This document shows, in pieces, positions 55,616 to 64,000 of a DNA stretch of 64,000 bases. The notes under the pieces are model-generated. The model worked only from the letters and a program-made list of their open reading frames with translations. It was not told the DNA's origin and made no database searches. The stretch comes from Desulfobacterales bacterium (GTDB taxonomy: Bacteria; Desulfobacterota; Desulfobacteria; Desulfobacterales; UBA5852), in contig CAXXVS010000003.1 in assembly GCA_963674755.2 (NCBI GenBank), forward strand, positions 1,920,001 through 1,984,000, read 5' to 3'. The number at the start of each line of letters is the position of its first letter. Within the stretch, counting starts at the first letter, position 1. The position numbers and the translations under genes are program-made.

Positions 55616-56425
55616 ATGGGTGAGGCCCAAATTATGACCACCGCCACTGATGCCGTACCGATTCGGATTACGGTCCGTGACATGATCATGGACATCGTCT
55701 TCAATCGACCGGCCAAGAAAAACGCTTTGAGCGATGAGATGTACCTGGCCTTGATCGCCGGCCTCAGGCAGGCCCAGGCGGACGATGAGATCCGTGTCGT
55801 TCTGCTGCGCGCCGAGGGAGACTGTTTCTGTGCCGGCAATGACTTGCATGCCTTCCGCAACCGAGAACCCGGTGAAGACCCCAGTCCGGGACGCCTGTTC
55901 CTCGAGACCCTGGCGGCCCTGGAAAAGCCGGTCGTGGCCGCGGTCAACGGACCGGCCGTGGGCATCGGCACGACGATGCTGTTGCACTGCGACCTCGTCT
56001 ACGCCGGGATGGGGGCTACCTTCAAGACGCCCTTCGTGAATCTGGGGCTCTGCCCCGAGGGCGCCTCCAGCTTCCTGCTGCCGCAGATCGTCGGTCACCC
56101 CCGGGCCGCGGAGATGCTGCTCCTGGGGGAACCCATCTCAGCCCATATGGCCTGGGAATTCGGTCTCATCAACAATGTCTTCCGGGACGACGATCTCGTG
56201 ACGGAAGTGTTCGCCCAGGCCCGCAAGCTGGCCCAGCAGCCGCCGGATTCCGTGCGGCTGACCAAGCGCCTGCTCAAGGCCGCGCGTATGAAAACCGTTA
56301 AGGAAACGATCGCCACGGAAAGTCGTCATTTTGCCGAGATGCTGGGTTCTCCGGAATTCGCCGACGCGTTTGGGGCGTTTTTCAACCGGGAGCCGTCAGT
56401 TTCACCTTCACAGTCGCGTTTGTAA
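55616..56425 (+). CDS. Enoyl-CoA hydratase/isomerase
   Basis: FCAGND, AVGIGTTM, GLCPEGASS; alternative start 55634. Confidence 0.88.
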   Translation: MGEAQIMTTATDAVPIRITVRDMIMDIVFNRPAKKNALSDEMYLALIAGLRQAQADDEIRVVLLRAEGDCFCAGNDLHAFRNREPGEDPSPGRLFLETLAALEKPVVAAVNGPAVGIGTTMLLHCDLVYAGMGATFKTPFVNLGLCPEGASSFLLPQIVGHPRAAEMLLLGEPISAHMAWEFGLINNVFRDDDLVTEVFAQARKLAQQPPDSVRLTKRLLKAARMKTVKETIATESRHFAEMLGSPEFADAFGAFFNREPSVSPSQSRL

Positions 56426-56441
56426 CAAGGAGAGACGCTCG

Positions 56442-57605
56442 ATGGATTTCAACCTGTCCAAGGAACATGCAATGCTGCGCAAAGCGGTGCGGGAGTTCGC
56501 CGCCAAGAAGATCGCGCCCTATGCCGACGAGTGGGACGCCAATCATTACCTGCCGGTGAAAGAGGTCCTTCGCCCCATGGGTGAACTGGGGTTTTTGGGG
56601 GCGGTGATCCCCGAAGCCTACGGCGGAGAAGACATGGGATGGCTGGCAGCCGTCATTGTTACCGAAGAAATCGCCCGGGCCTCCAGCTCCATGCGGGTTC
56701 AGCTCAACCTCAGCGGCATCGGCTGTGCCTATCCGATTTATAAATACGGCACCGAAGCCGCCAAGCAAAAATATGTGGCCAAGCTCTGCACGGGGGAATA
56801 CCTGGGTGGGTTTGCGATCACCGAGCCTAATGCCGGTTCGGATGTCTTCGGTATGGAAACCGTCGCCGAAGACCGCGGCGACCATTACGCCATCAGCGGC
56901 TCCAAGACCTGGATTTCCAACGCCCACCAGGCCGACGTGATCGTGCTCTACTGCTACACCGACCGCGGCGCACGCACCAAAGGTCTGTCGGCCTTCGCGA
57001 TGGAATTGAAAAATACCAACGGCGTCAAGACCACCGACCTTGACAAGATGGGTTCCCATTCGTCGCCCACCGGCGAGATCTTTTTTGACCAGGCGCGGGT
57101 GCCCAAGGAAAACCTGCTGGGCCAGCCGGGCGACGGGGCGGCCATCGTATTCGCTTCCCTGAACAATACCCGCATCTCCGCCGCGGCCGGGGCGTTGGGC
57201 TGTGCCCAGGCCTGCCTGGACATTGCCACCAGGTACTGCAACGAACGCCGCCAGTTCGGCAAGCCCATCGGACAGTTCCAGATGAACCAGGACCTGATTG
57301 CCCAGATGGCCACCGAAGTGGAAGCCGCCCGCCTGCTGGTCTACAAAGGCGCCTGGCAGAAAGATCAGGGCCAGGAAAACAACGGCCTGGAAGTGGCCCA
57401 GGCCAAGTACTTCGCCGGCGAGACGGCCGTCAAGTGCGCCAACTACGCCATGCGGATCCTGGGCGCCTACGGGTATTCAACGGAATATCCGGTGGCACGC
57501 TATTACCGGGATGTGCCCACCTACACCATGGTGGAAGGCTCGGCCAACATCTGCAAACTGATTATTGCCGGCGACCAGTTGGGCTTCCGAAAGGCCAACC
57601 GCTAA
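56442..57605 (+). CDS. acd: Glutaryl-CoA dehydrogenase, non-decarboxylating type (glutaconyl-CoA forming)
   Basis: Resembles, from memory, the Desulfococcus multivorans enzyme: MDFNLSKE, RVQLN, ILGAYGYSTEYPVAR, MVEGSANICK, DQLG.RKANR. Confidence 0.85.
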   Translation: MDFNLSKEHAMLRKAVREFAAKKIAPYADEWDANHYLPVKEVLRPMGELGFLGAVIPEAYGGEDMGWLAAVIVTEEIARASSSMRVQLNLSGIGCAYPIYKYGTEAAKQKYVAKLCTGEYLGGFAITEPNAGSDVFGMETVAEDRGDHYAISGSKTWISNAHQADVIVLYCYTDRGARTKGLSAFAMELKNTNGVKTTDLDKMGSHSSPTGEIFFDQARVPKENLLGQPGDGAAIVFASLNNTRISAAAGALGCAQACLDIATRYCNERRQFGKPIGQFQMNQDLIAQMATEVEAARLLVYKGAWQKDQGQENNGLEVAQAKYFAGETAVKCANYAMRILGAYGYSTEYPVARYYRDVPTYTMVEGSANICKLIIAGDQLGFRKANR

Positions 57606-57608
57606 CCT

Positions 57609-57994
57609 GTGTCCGTGCGGAGGCGGCATCTTTTGGCCCCGGCCGGCGTTCTCGCGATCGGGAAATCCTCGCCGTAGCTCAGCTACGCCTCCGGTTTCCC
57701 AATTACTGCGGCCTTGGACGGAACCAAAACCTACCACCTCCGGAAGGGCACTCATATTGTAGCCATCGGGAGATCACATCTTTCGGCCTCTGGCCCGCCG
57801 CCGGTGGACCAAATCCACCTTTGGCGGACGAGCTGGCGTACTCGCCTCCTGTCGGTCCTCGGCGCAGCCGGGCTGCGCCTCGGGGCACCCGTCGTCGTCG
57901 GTTTGGTGAACACCGATGTGCCCCAAGATCAGGCCTGAAATCCTGCGCTGTGCGCGGGACCAGGAGCCGAAATCGACCGTTTGCGGACGGACAC
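57609..57994 (+). repeat. Two adjacent nested-hairpin copies (57609-57751 standard; ~57775-57994 long subtype)
   Basis: First starts 3 nt after stop and has all motifs; second resembles 19818-20014; pair closed by gtgtccgt/acggacac. Confidence 0.9.
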
Positions 57995-58046
57995 TTAACG
58001 TGGCAAAGGGGAGGTCCCCCAGCCTTCAATAGCCTTCCGAATTTTT

Positions 58047-59117
58047 TTATAAATCGGATTTGGCGATGACTTCGGCCGCGGCGTGTTCCAGGACGGGCAC
58101 GGCCAGGCCGAAGTGCTTGAAGCGCTCGTTGGTGGTCTGGCCGTGGTAGTAGCGGTAGTAGATCTGCTGCACGATGACGGCCAGGCGGAAGAGGCCGAAG
58201 CAGTAGTAGAAGTCGAATCCGTCCATGCGCAGACCGGAGAGGCGGCCGTAGGTGTCCACGAATTCCCGGCGGGTCAGGGCCCCTTCCAGGTGGGTGGGCA
58301 TGGCGCGCAGGATCTGGCGCTCGGGCGGGTCGTCTTTGTTCACCCAGTAGCCCAGGGTGCTGCCCAGGTCCATCAGGGGATCGCCCAGGGTGCACATCTC
58401 CCAGTCCAGCACGCCGATGATTTTAAAAGGGTCGGCGGGATCCAGGACGATGTTGTCCAGCTTGAAGTCGTTGTGGATGATGGCCGCCCGTTCCGTTTCC
58501 GGGGGCATTTTCTCCGCGAGCCAGGCCATCACCGCCTCGAAATCGGGCACATCCGGGGTGCGTGCCGCCCGGTAGCGTTTGCTCCAGCCGGTTACCTGCC
58601 GCGCGACATAGCCCTGGGGCTTGCCCAGGTGGGCCAAGCCCACTTCATGGTAATCCAGGGCGTGCAGTTCGTGGAGGACTTCCACGAAGCGTTCGAACAG
58701 GGCGTGCAATTGGGAAGGTGACGTAAACAGGCCAGGGGGCAGGTCCTGGCGCAGAATGATGCCCTCGATGCGTTTCATGACGTAGAACGGGCATCCCATG
58801 ACGGCTTCGTCTTCGCAATAGACCAGGGGCCGGGGTACGTAGGGCAGGTGCTCGCACAGGGCCGAGAGCACCTTGACCTCGCGGCCCATGTCGTGGGCCG
58901 TGGCCGCCTTGGTGCCGAAGGGCGGACGCCGCAGGATCAACTGCCGCGGGCCGCAGGTCACCAGATAGGTCAGGTTGGAGGCGCCGCTGGGAAACTGCGC
59001 CAGCGTGACGTCGCCTTCCAAACCCGGGATGCTGTCTTTCAAATAGGCTGCCACCCGGCTCAAGTCCAGTTGATCACCGTTGCGAACGGCGCCGGGACGA
59101 TCGATATGGTCACTCAT
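58047..59117 (-). CDS. APH/choline-kinase-fold phosphotransferase (LvaA / ACAD10-11 kinase domain-like)
   Basis: QFPSGASNLTY, LRRPPFG, AHDMGRE, HNDFKLDN, VLDWEMCTLGDPLMDLG. Confidence 0.88.
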   Translation of the reverse strand: MSDHIDRPGAVRNGDQLDLSRVAAYLKDSIPGLEGDVTLAQFPSGASNLTYLVTCGPRQLILRRPPFGTKAATAHDMGREVKVLSALCEHLPYVPRPLVYCEDEAVMGCPFYVMKRIEGIILRQDLPPGLFTSPSQLHALFERFVEVLHELHALDYHEVGLAHLGKPQGYVARQVTGWSKRYRAARTPDVPDFEAVMAWLAEKMPPETERAAIIHNDFKLDNIVLDPADPFKIIGVLDWEMCTLGDPLMDLGSTLGYWVNKDDPPERQILRAMPTHLEGALTRREFVDTYGRLSGLRMDGFDFYYCFGLFRLAVIVQQIYYRYYHGQTTNERFKHFGLAVPVLEHAAAEVIAKSDL

Positions 59118-59836
59118 GATTTCCCTCCCTGCCGTGACGGGTCGTCGTTCAGGCCTAGATTTTTTTCGAGAAACGCTGTCAGATAGCGGGCGTACTGATC
59201 AACACCGACGCCGCGCCGGGTGTATTTGGCGCGCTTCAGGTACCAGTCCTGGAGCATGGCCTTGATCAGGCTGGCCGTCATGCGGCAGTCCGTGGTTTGA
59301 AACAGGCCCTGGGCGCAGCCGGCTTCCAGGATATCGGTGAATTGCTGCTCGGTGCTCAGCTCGCTTTCCACCGCGGCGCGGCGCTCATCCGGATCGAGGT
59401 TTTTGGCTTCCATGTAGGAGAAGTAAAACCAGGGCTGCATGATTTCGCTCAGATAAAGATGGGTGCGGATGGCGATGCGCAGCTTCTCAAGCGGGTCCCT
59501 GCCGGCCGCGATGTCGGCCGACAGAATTTCGCGCGTGACCGTGCGGCGCTGTTGCTGCATCAACCGCAGCAGGGCCTCCTTGCCCGCGAAATAGTTGTAG
59601 AGTGCGCCGGTGCTCATATCGGCTTCCCGGCTCAGGTCCCGCATGCTCATGGCATGGAAGCTTTTCGCGTTGCTGATTTTGAGGGCCGCCGCGAAAATGC
59701 GTTCCATGTTTTTGGCAATGGTCTTCTCCTTCTTGATCTGGATCGACTGGCGATTTGCGTTGTAGAGCTTGAGGCAGCACTGCTGCTTTAACGCTTCGAC
59801 CCTCTGGAGAAACGGTTGAAATCCTTCCGGCGGCAT
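59114..59836 (-). CDS. TetR-family regulator
   Basis: SFHAMSMRDLSREADMSTGALYNYF HTH; ATGA overlap with the kinase gene. Confidence 0.88.
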   Translation of the reverse strand: MPPEGFQPFLQRVEALKQQCCLKLYNANRQSIQIKKEKTIAKNMERIFAAALKISNAKSFHAMSMRDLSREADMSTGALYNYFAGKEALLRLMQQQRRTVTREILSADIAAGRDPLEKLRIAIRTHLYLSEIMQPWFYFSYMEAKNLDPDERRAAVESELSTEQQFTDILEAGCAQGLFQTTDCRMTASLIKAMLQDWYLKRAKYTRRGVGVDQYARYLTAFLEKNLGLNDDPSRQGGKS

Positions 59837-59839
59837 GGC

Positions 59840-61045
59840 TTACAGCACTTTCTTATTGTCATAGCCTTTCAGGATCTGCCGGGCCACGGAAACCTTGTGC
59901 ACTTCGTCGGCCCCGTCATAGATGCGGGCCGCCCGTTCGTGGCGGTAGAAGAAGGCGATGATGGTATCGTCCGTCATGCCCAGACCGCCGTGCACCTGGA
60001 GGGCCCGGTCGATTACCTGCTGCATGGTGTTGGCCACGACGAATTTGATCAGGGAAACTTCCTTGCGGGCGGCTTTGGCGCCCAACTGGTCGATTTTCCA
60101 GGCGGCATGCAGCACCATCAGACGGGCCGCTTGAATGGCGGCCGCGCTTTCCGCGATCCAGGCCTGGATGATCTGTTTACTGGCCAGGGTACGGTCCGGA
60201 CCGATGATGCGGTCCCGCGCCCGGGCGCACATCAAATCGAAGGCCCGGTTGCAGATCCCGATCCAGCGCATGCAGTGGTGGATGCGGCCGGGTCCCAGGC
60301 GTTCCTGGGCGATGACGAAGGCGTGGCCTTCCGGCCCCAGCAGATTGCTCTGGGGCACCCGGCAGTTCTGGTAGAGAATTTCGGCATGGGAGAAATACCC
60401 CTCGCCGGCATGTCCCATCACCGGGATGTTGCGCACCAGGTTGTAGCCGGGGGTGTCGCTGGGTACGATGATCATGCTGGCCCGCATGTAGGGGGGGGCC
60501 TCCGGATTGGTCACGGCCATCACGATGGCGAAGGCCGCCCCGTCGGCGGACGATGTATACCACTTGTGGCCGTTGATGACATAGTCGTCGCCGTCTTTGA
60601 CAGCGGTAGTGTCCAGCATGACCGGATTGGAGCCGGGCATGTCCACTTCGGTCATGGAAAAGCAGCTGCGGATGTCCCCCGCCACCAGGGGATTCAGCCA
60701 CTTTGCGGTCTGTTCGGGGGACGCATACTTGTGCAGGATTTCGATGTTGCCGGCATCCGGTGCCATGCAGCCGAAGGCATACAACCCGAGGGGGGTTCGT
60801 CCCAGGGCTTCGAAAATCAGGGCGCTTTCCAAGAGACTCAGGCCCATGCCGCCGTGTTCGACCGGGTGCAGGGGAGCCCACAGCTCCATCTGCTTGACCA
60901 TGGCGCGCTTTTCTTCCAGGGCCGGCAGGACCTTGTCCAGTTTGTCGGCCAGAAAGTCCTTTTCCAGGGGGATCAATTCATTGTCTACGAATTCATCGAT
61001 CATGCCCAGGATGGTCTGCATTTTTTCCGAGATGGTGAAGTCCAT
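59840..61045 (-). CDS. Acyl-CoA dehydrogenase, ACAD10/11 (LvaC/FadE2)-like
   Basis: APDAGN, RSCFSMTE, RLGPGRIHHCMR, RIYDGADEVH. Confidence 0.9.
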   Translation of the reverse strand: MDFTISEKMQTILGMIDEFVDNELIPLEKDFLADKLDKVLPALEEKRAMVKQMELWAPLHPVEHGGMGLSLLESALIFEALGRTPLGLYAFGCMAPDAGNIEILHKYASPEQTAKWLNPLVAGDIRSCFSMTEVDMPGSNPVMLDTTAVKDGDDYVINGHKWYTSSADGAAFAIVMAVTNPEAPPYMRASMIIVPSDTPGYNLVRNIPVMGHAGEGYFSHAEILYQNCRVPQSNLLGPEGHAFVIAQERLGPGRIHHCMRWIGICNRAFDLMCARARDRIIGPDRTLASKQIIQAWIAESAAAIQAARLMVLHAAWKIDQLGAKAARKEVSLIKFVVANTMQQVIDRALQVHGGLGMTDDTIIAFFYRHERAARIYDGADEVHKVSVARQILKGYDNKKVL

Positions 61046-61363
61046 GGGATCTCCTTAACGTGTTCGTTTTGATAATGGAAGTTTTAATCCGCCAACGCCA
61101 GCCAAGGGGTTAATTCCCCGCCGCTTGCGGGGTTGCATGGCCGTTATCAATACCCAGCTGCTTTGCGGCTGGACGTTCATTTTTTTCCCGGTTGTCCGGC
61201 ATGCGCAAGTTGTTTTCAATACAAAAGCAACACCCACGAAGATCACGAAGGGATCCATCTTTTTTCGAACCGTATTTCTTCGCGGTAAATTCTCGTTGAC
61301 GGGTGCTTTCCGGAGAACCGGTTTGTTTGCCCATGCCATTTGCTTTAGCGGGGGTTGCGATCC

Positions 61364-61427
61364 GTGTCAATAAAAAACGAACACTCGTTAGTTTTTTATT
61401 GACACAGACAAGGCTTGTCTCTAATAA
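61364..61427. promoter_or_regulatory. Back-to-back sigma70 promoters inside a 15-bp inverted repeat, with central operator
   Basis: gtgtcaataaaaaac-N12-gttttttattgacac (61364-61405); plus strand TTGACA-N17-TAATAA; minus strand TTGACA-N17-TAAAGC. Confidence 0.7.
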
Positions 61428-61518
61428 AAGGGACCACGGGCCGGCACCTAGCTGACAAGCGGGAACGCCGGTGAAATCGTCGTCCGGCTGAATAGGTCAG
61501 CCTTCACAGGTCATCGAA

Positions 61519-62298
61519 ATGAACCTTCTCGTTTGCGTCAAACAAGTCCCTGATCTGGAGCAAATGGCCGTCCATTGCGGTTCGGATGGCGTGCCCGTAA
61601 TCGGTGAACCGAGCGAGTTCCGCATGAACCGCTTTGACGAATTTGCCGTGGAAGCGGCGGTGCAATTGAAGGAGACGCTGGCGGAGGTCCACATCGACGC
61701 CTTGAGCGTCGGTCCGGAGGCGGCCCTGGCAGTGATCAAACGCGCCATCGGCATGGGGGCCGACCAGGGGGGGCTGCTGGATACCGGCGACCGGGCCGAT
61801 CCCGGCCCCTACGAGGTGGCCCGCCGCATTGCCCGCTATGCGGCCCCCAAGCGCTACGACCTCATTTTAACCGGCAGCTGGTCGGAAGACGGCATGAACG
61901 GCCAGGTGGGCCCCATGACAGCGGCGCTGCTGGAGCTGCCCTGTGCCACCCAGGTGATGGCCCTGCAACTGGCCGACGACCGGCGCAGCGTGGCAGTGGA
62001 GCGGGAGGTGGAGGGGGGGGCCCGGGAACAGCTGCAATTGCGGCTGCCAGCCCTCCTGGCAGTTCAATCCGGCATCAACCGGCCCCGCTATCCTTCCCTG
62101 TCCAATCTGTTGCGGGCCAACCGGCAGCCGGTGGAGATCATTCCCGGGGATGCCGGGGAGAAGACCATCGATCCGGTGGTCGGCCTGGGCTTGATGCAAC
62201 CGCCGCGCCACCGGTCCGGACGGGTGCTGGAAGGCAGCCTGGAAGAAAAAGCCGCCGCTTTTTTAGCCCTTTTAAAAGAAAAGGCCTTCATACACTAG
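61519..62298 (+). CDS. etfB: Electron transfer flavoprotein beta subunit
   Basis: VCVKQVPD, MNRFDEFAVEAA, INRPRYPSL. Confidence 0.93.
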   Translation: MNLLVCVKQVPDLEQMAVHCGSDGVPVIGEPSEFRMNRFDEFAVEAAVQLKETLAEVHIDALSVGPEAALAVIKRAIGMGADQGGLLDTGDRADPGPYEVARRIARYAAPKRYDLILTGSWSEDGMNGQVGPMTAALLELPCATQVMALQLADDRRSVAVEREVEGGAREQLQLRLPALLAVQSGINRPRYPSLSNLLRANRQPVEIIPGDAGEKTIDPVVGLGLMQPPRHRSGRVLEGSLEEKAAAFLALLKEKAFIH

Positions 62299-62300
62299 CC

Positions 62301-63320
62301 ATGGAAGACAGGGCGGATATCATTGTTGTGGCCGACGCCGCCGGCGATCGTGTCGACCCGGTCATCTACGAAATGCTTGCCTTTGCCAGGCGTTTGCAGA
62401 CCCTGGCTATGGGCCGCATCCAGATTTGGCTGCTGGGCGAAGGGCCGCAAGACGCGGCCTGGGAAGTGGCCCGGCTTGGCGGAACCGACGTCACGGCCCT
62501 GTGCTGCCCGGGTCTGTCACGTTATCTGGGCGAGGCCTATCGGAGAATTCTGGAGCCGGCTCTCGCGGCGGCCGCGCCGCGCTATGTGGTCACCGTGCAT
62601 AGCTCCGGCGGCGCCGAGTGGGCCCCGGCCGTGGCGGCCCGTCTGGAGGCCGGCTGCATCAGCGGCGTGGACGGTTTGGGGACGCAAGACGGCTGCATCT
62701 GGTTTTCCAAGGATCGCTACGGCGGCAAAGTCAAAGGCCGCTTTGCCTCCAATTCCGCCCTCACCGTGCTGACCGTGCAGCCGGGCTGCTTCCCATTCGA
62801 GAACCCGCCCGAGGAGAACCGGGCGCCGGAAGCGGCGGCCGGCCGGGTGACCATCAAAACGATGGCCTGGCAGCCCGAGCAGACCCGCTTGACCGGTGTG
62901 ATACCGGCCGTTGCGAAGGCCGCCAATCTAAAGGACGCCCAGATCATCGTGGCCGCCGGCAACGGCATCGGCGAGGAAGAAAATCTCGAGTGGATTCACC
63001 GCCTGGCCGAAGGGCTGCCCAAAGCCATGGTGGCCGGGACCCGCATTGTCTGCGACCGGGGCTGGCTGGACTACGACCGGCAGGTGGGCGTCACCGGTGT
63101 TACCGTGGCCCCGGCGCTCTACATCGCCTGCGGGATATCGGGTGCTTCCCAGCACGTCATGGGCATGCGCGGGTCCGGCTTCGTCATCGCCATCAATACC
63201 GACCCCCAGGCGGCCATCTGTGCCGAGGCCGACGTCTGCATCGTGGAAGATCTCAAGACCTTCATTCCCATGGTGCTGGACGTTTACGAAAAACAGAAGG
63301 CGAAACAGAACGGAGCATAG
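62301..63320 (+). CDS. etfA: Electron transfer flavoprotein alpha subunit
   Basis: IIVAAGNG, QVGVTG, LYIACGISGASQH, AINTD. Confidence 0.93.
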   Translation: MEDRADIIVVADAAGDRVDPVIYEMLAFARRLQTLAMGRIQIWLLGEGPQDAAWEVARLGGTDVTALCCPGLSRYLGEAYRRILEPALAAAAPRYVVTVHSSGGAEWAPAVAARLEAGCISGVDGLGTQDGCIWFSKDRYGGKVKGRFASNSALTVLTVQPGCFPFENPPEENRAPEAAAGRVTIKTMAWQPEQTRLTGVIPAVAKAANLKDAQIIVAAGNGIGEEENLEWIHRLAEGLPKAMVAGTRIVCDRGWLDYDRQVGVTGVTVAPALYIACGISGASQHVMGMRGSGFVIAINTDPQAAICAEADVCIVEDLKTFIPMVLDVYEKQKAKQNGA

Positions 63321-63324
63321 ACTT

Positions 63325-64000
63325 ATGGTCACATTCAATCTTGATAACAAGGTCGCTCTTATCACCGGCGCCAGCCGGGGCATTGGGGAATCCATTGCCA
63401 TGACGCTGGCCGAATACGGTGCCACCTGTATCCTGGCGAGCCGCAAGATCGAGGGGTTGCAGGCAGTGCAGCAGAAAATCGTGGACAAGGGCGGCCGCGC
63501 CGAAGCCCTGGCCTGCAACATGGGCGAACTCGACCAGATCGAGGCCCTTTTTGCCGAGATCAGAGACCGTTACGGACGACTGGATATCCTGGTGAACAAC
63601 GCGGCCACCAATCCCTATTTCGGCCCCCTGACAGGTGCTCCCGAATCAGCCTGGGACAAGACCCTGGCCGTGAATCTGAAGGGCCCCTTTTTCATGATCC
63701 AGCAGGCTGCCGCACTGATGGGCGAAAGCGGCGGGGCCATCGTGAACGTGGCCTCCATCAATGCCATAAGCCCGGCGCCCATGCAGGGCATCTACTCCAT
63801 CACCAAGGCCGGGGTGGTTGCCATGACCAAGGCCTACGCCAAAGAGTTGGCCTCTAAAAATATCAGGGTGAACGCCCTGTTGCCCGGGTTGACCGAAACC
63901 AAGTTCGCCGCGGCCCTGATCAGCAACGAGAAGATCTACAAGCACGTGCGGGGGATGATTCCGATGCAGCGGCATGCCCAGCCGGACGAGATGGCCGGGG
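63325..64000 (+). CDS. SDR-family oxidoreductase (DHRS4-like), 3' truncated by window edge
   Basis: Translated by hand: MVTFNLDNKVALITGASRGIG...VNNAATNPYFG...YSITK. Confidence 0.9.
   Translation, partial: MVTFNLDNKVALITGASRGIGESIAMTLAEYGATCILASRKIEGLQAVQQKIVDKGGRAEALACNMGELDQIEALFAEIRDRYGRLDILVNNAATNPYFGPLTGAPESAWDKTLAVNLKGPFFMIQQAAALMGESGGAIVNVASINAISPAPMQGIYSITKAGVVAMTKAYAKELASKNIRVNALLPGLTETKFAAALISNEKIYKHVRGMIPMQRHAQPDEMAG

Noticed and set aside
61235..61290. Nonamer repeat cacgaagat-cacgaaggg with partial inverse cttcgcgg
   Set aside because: Only two units and weak pairing; too little to call

Overview
GC-rich bacterial chromosome segment, probably from an anaerobic Desulfobacterota (Desulfobacterales-like) organism. 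That placement is inferred from gene content: a Desulfococcus-type non-decarboxylating glutaryl-CoA dehydrogenase, Fhs, IcmF and many acyl-CoA enzymes. Most of the window is acyl-CoA catabolism in four modules. (1) Isobutyrate/butyrate: IcmF, thiolase, Hbd, ACADs. (2) Isovalerate/leucine-type: ACAD, CoA ligase, hydratase, carboxyltransferase, HMG-CoA-lyase-like protein and acetoacetate-CoA ligase, with no biotin carboxylase or carrier. (3) A sigma54-driven beta-oxidation operon ending in glutaryl-CoA dehydrogenase. (4) An LvaA/LvaC (ACAD10/11)-like phosphotransferase plus ACAD, divergent from ETF and an SDR. The most unusual non-coding signal is a family of ~120-220 bp nested-hairpin elements, about 12 copies including a 4-unit tandem array. 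Their stems differ between copies but stay complementary while the internal-loop motifs are conserved, most start 0-3 nt after a stop codon in the sense orientation, and one unit has an inverted core. I saw no CRISPR, rRNA, tRNA, transposase or integrase. All assignments come from motif recognition by eye, with no database search.
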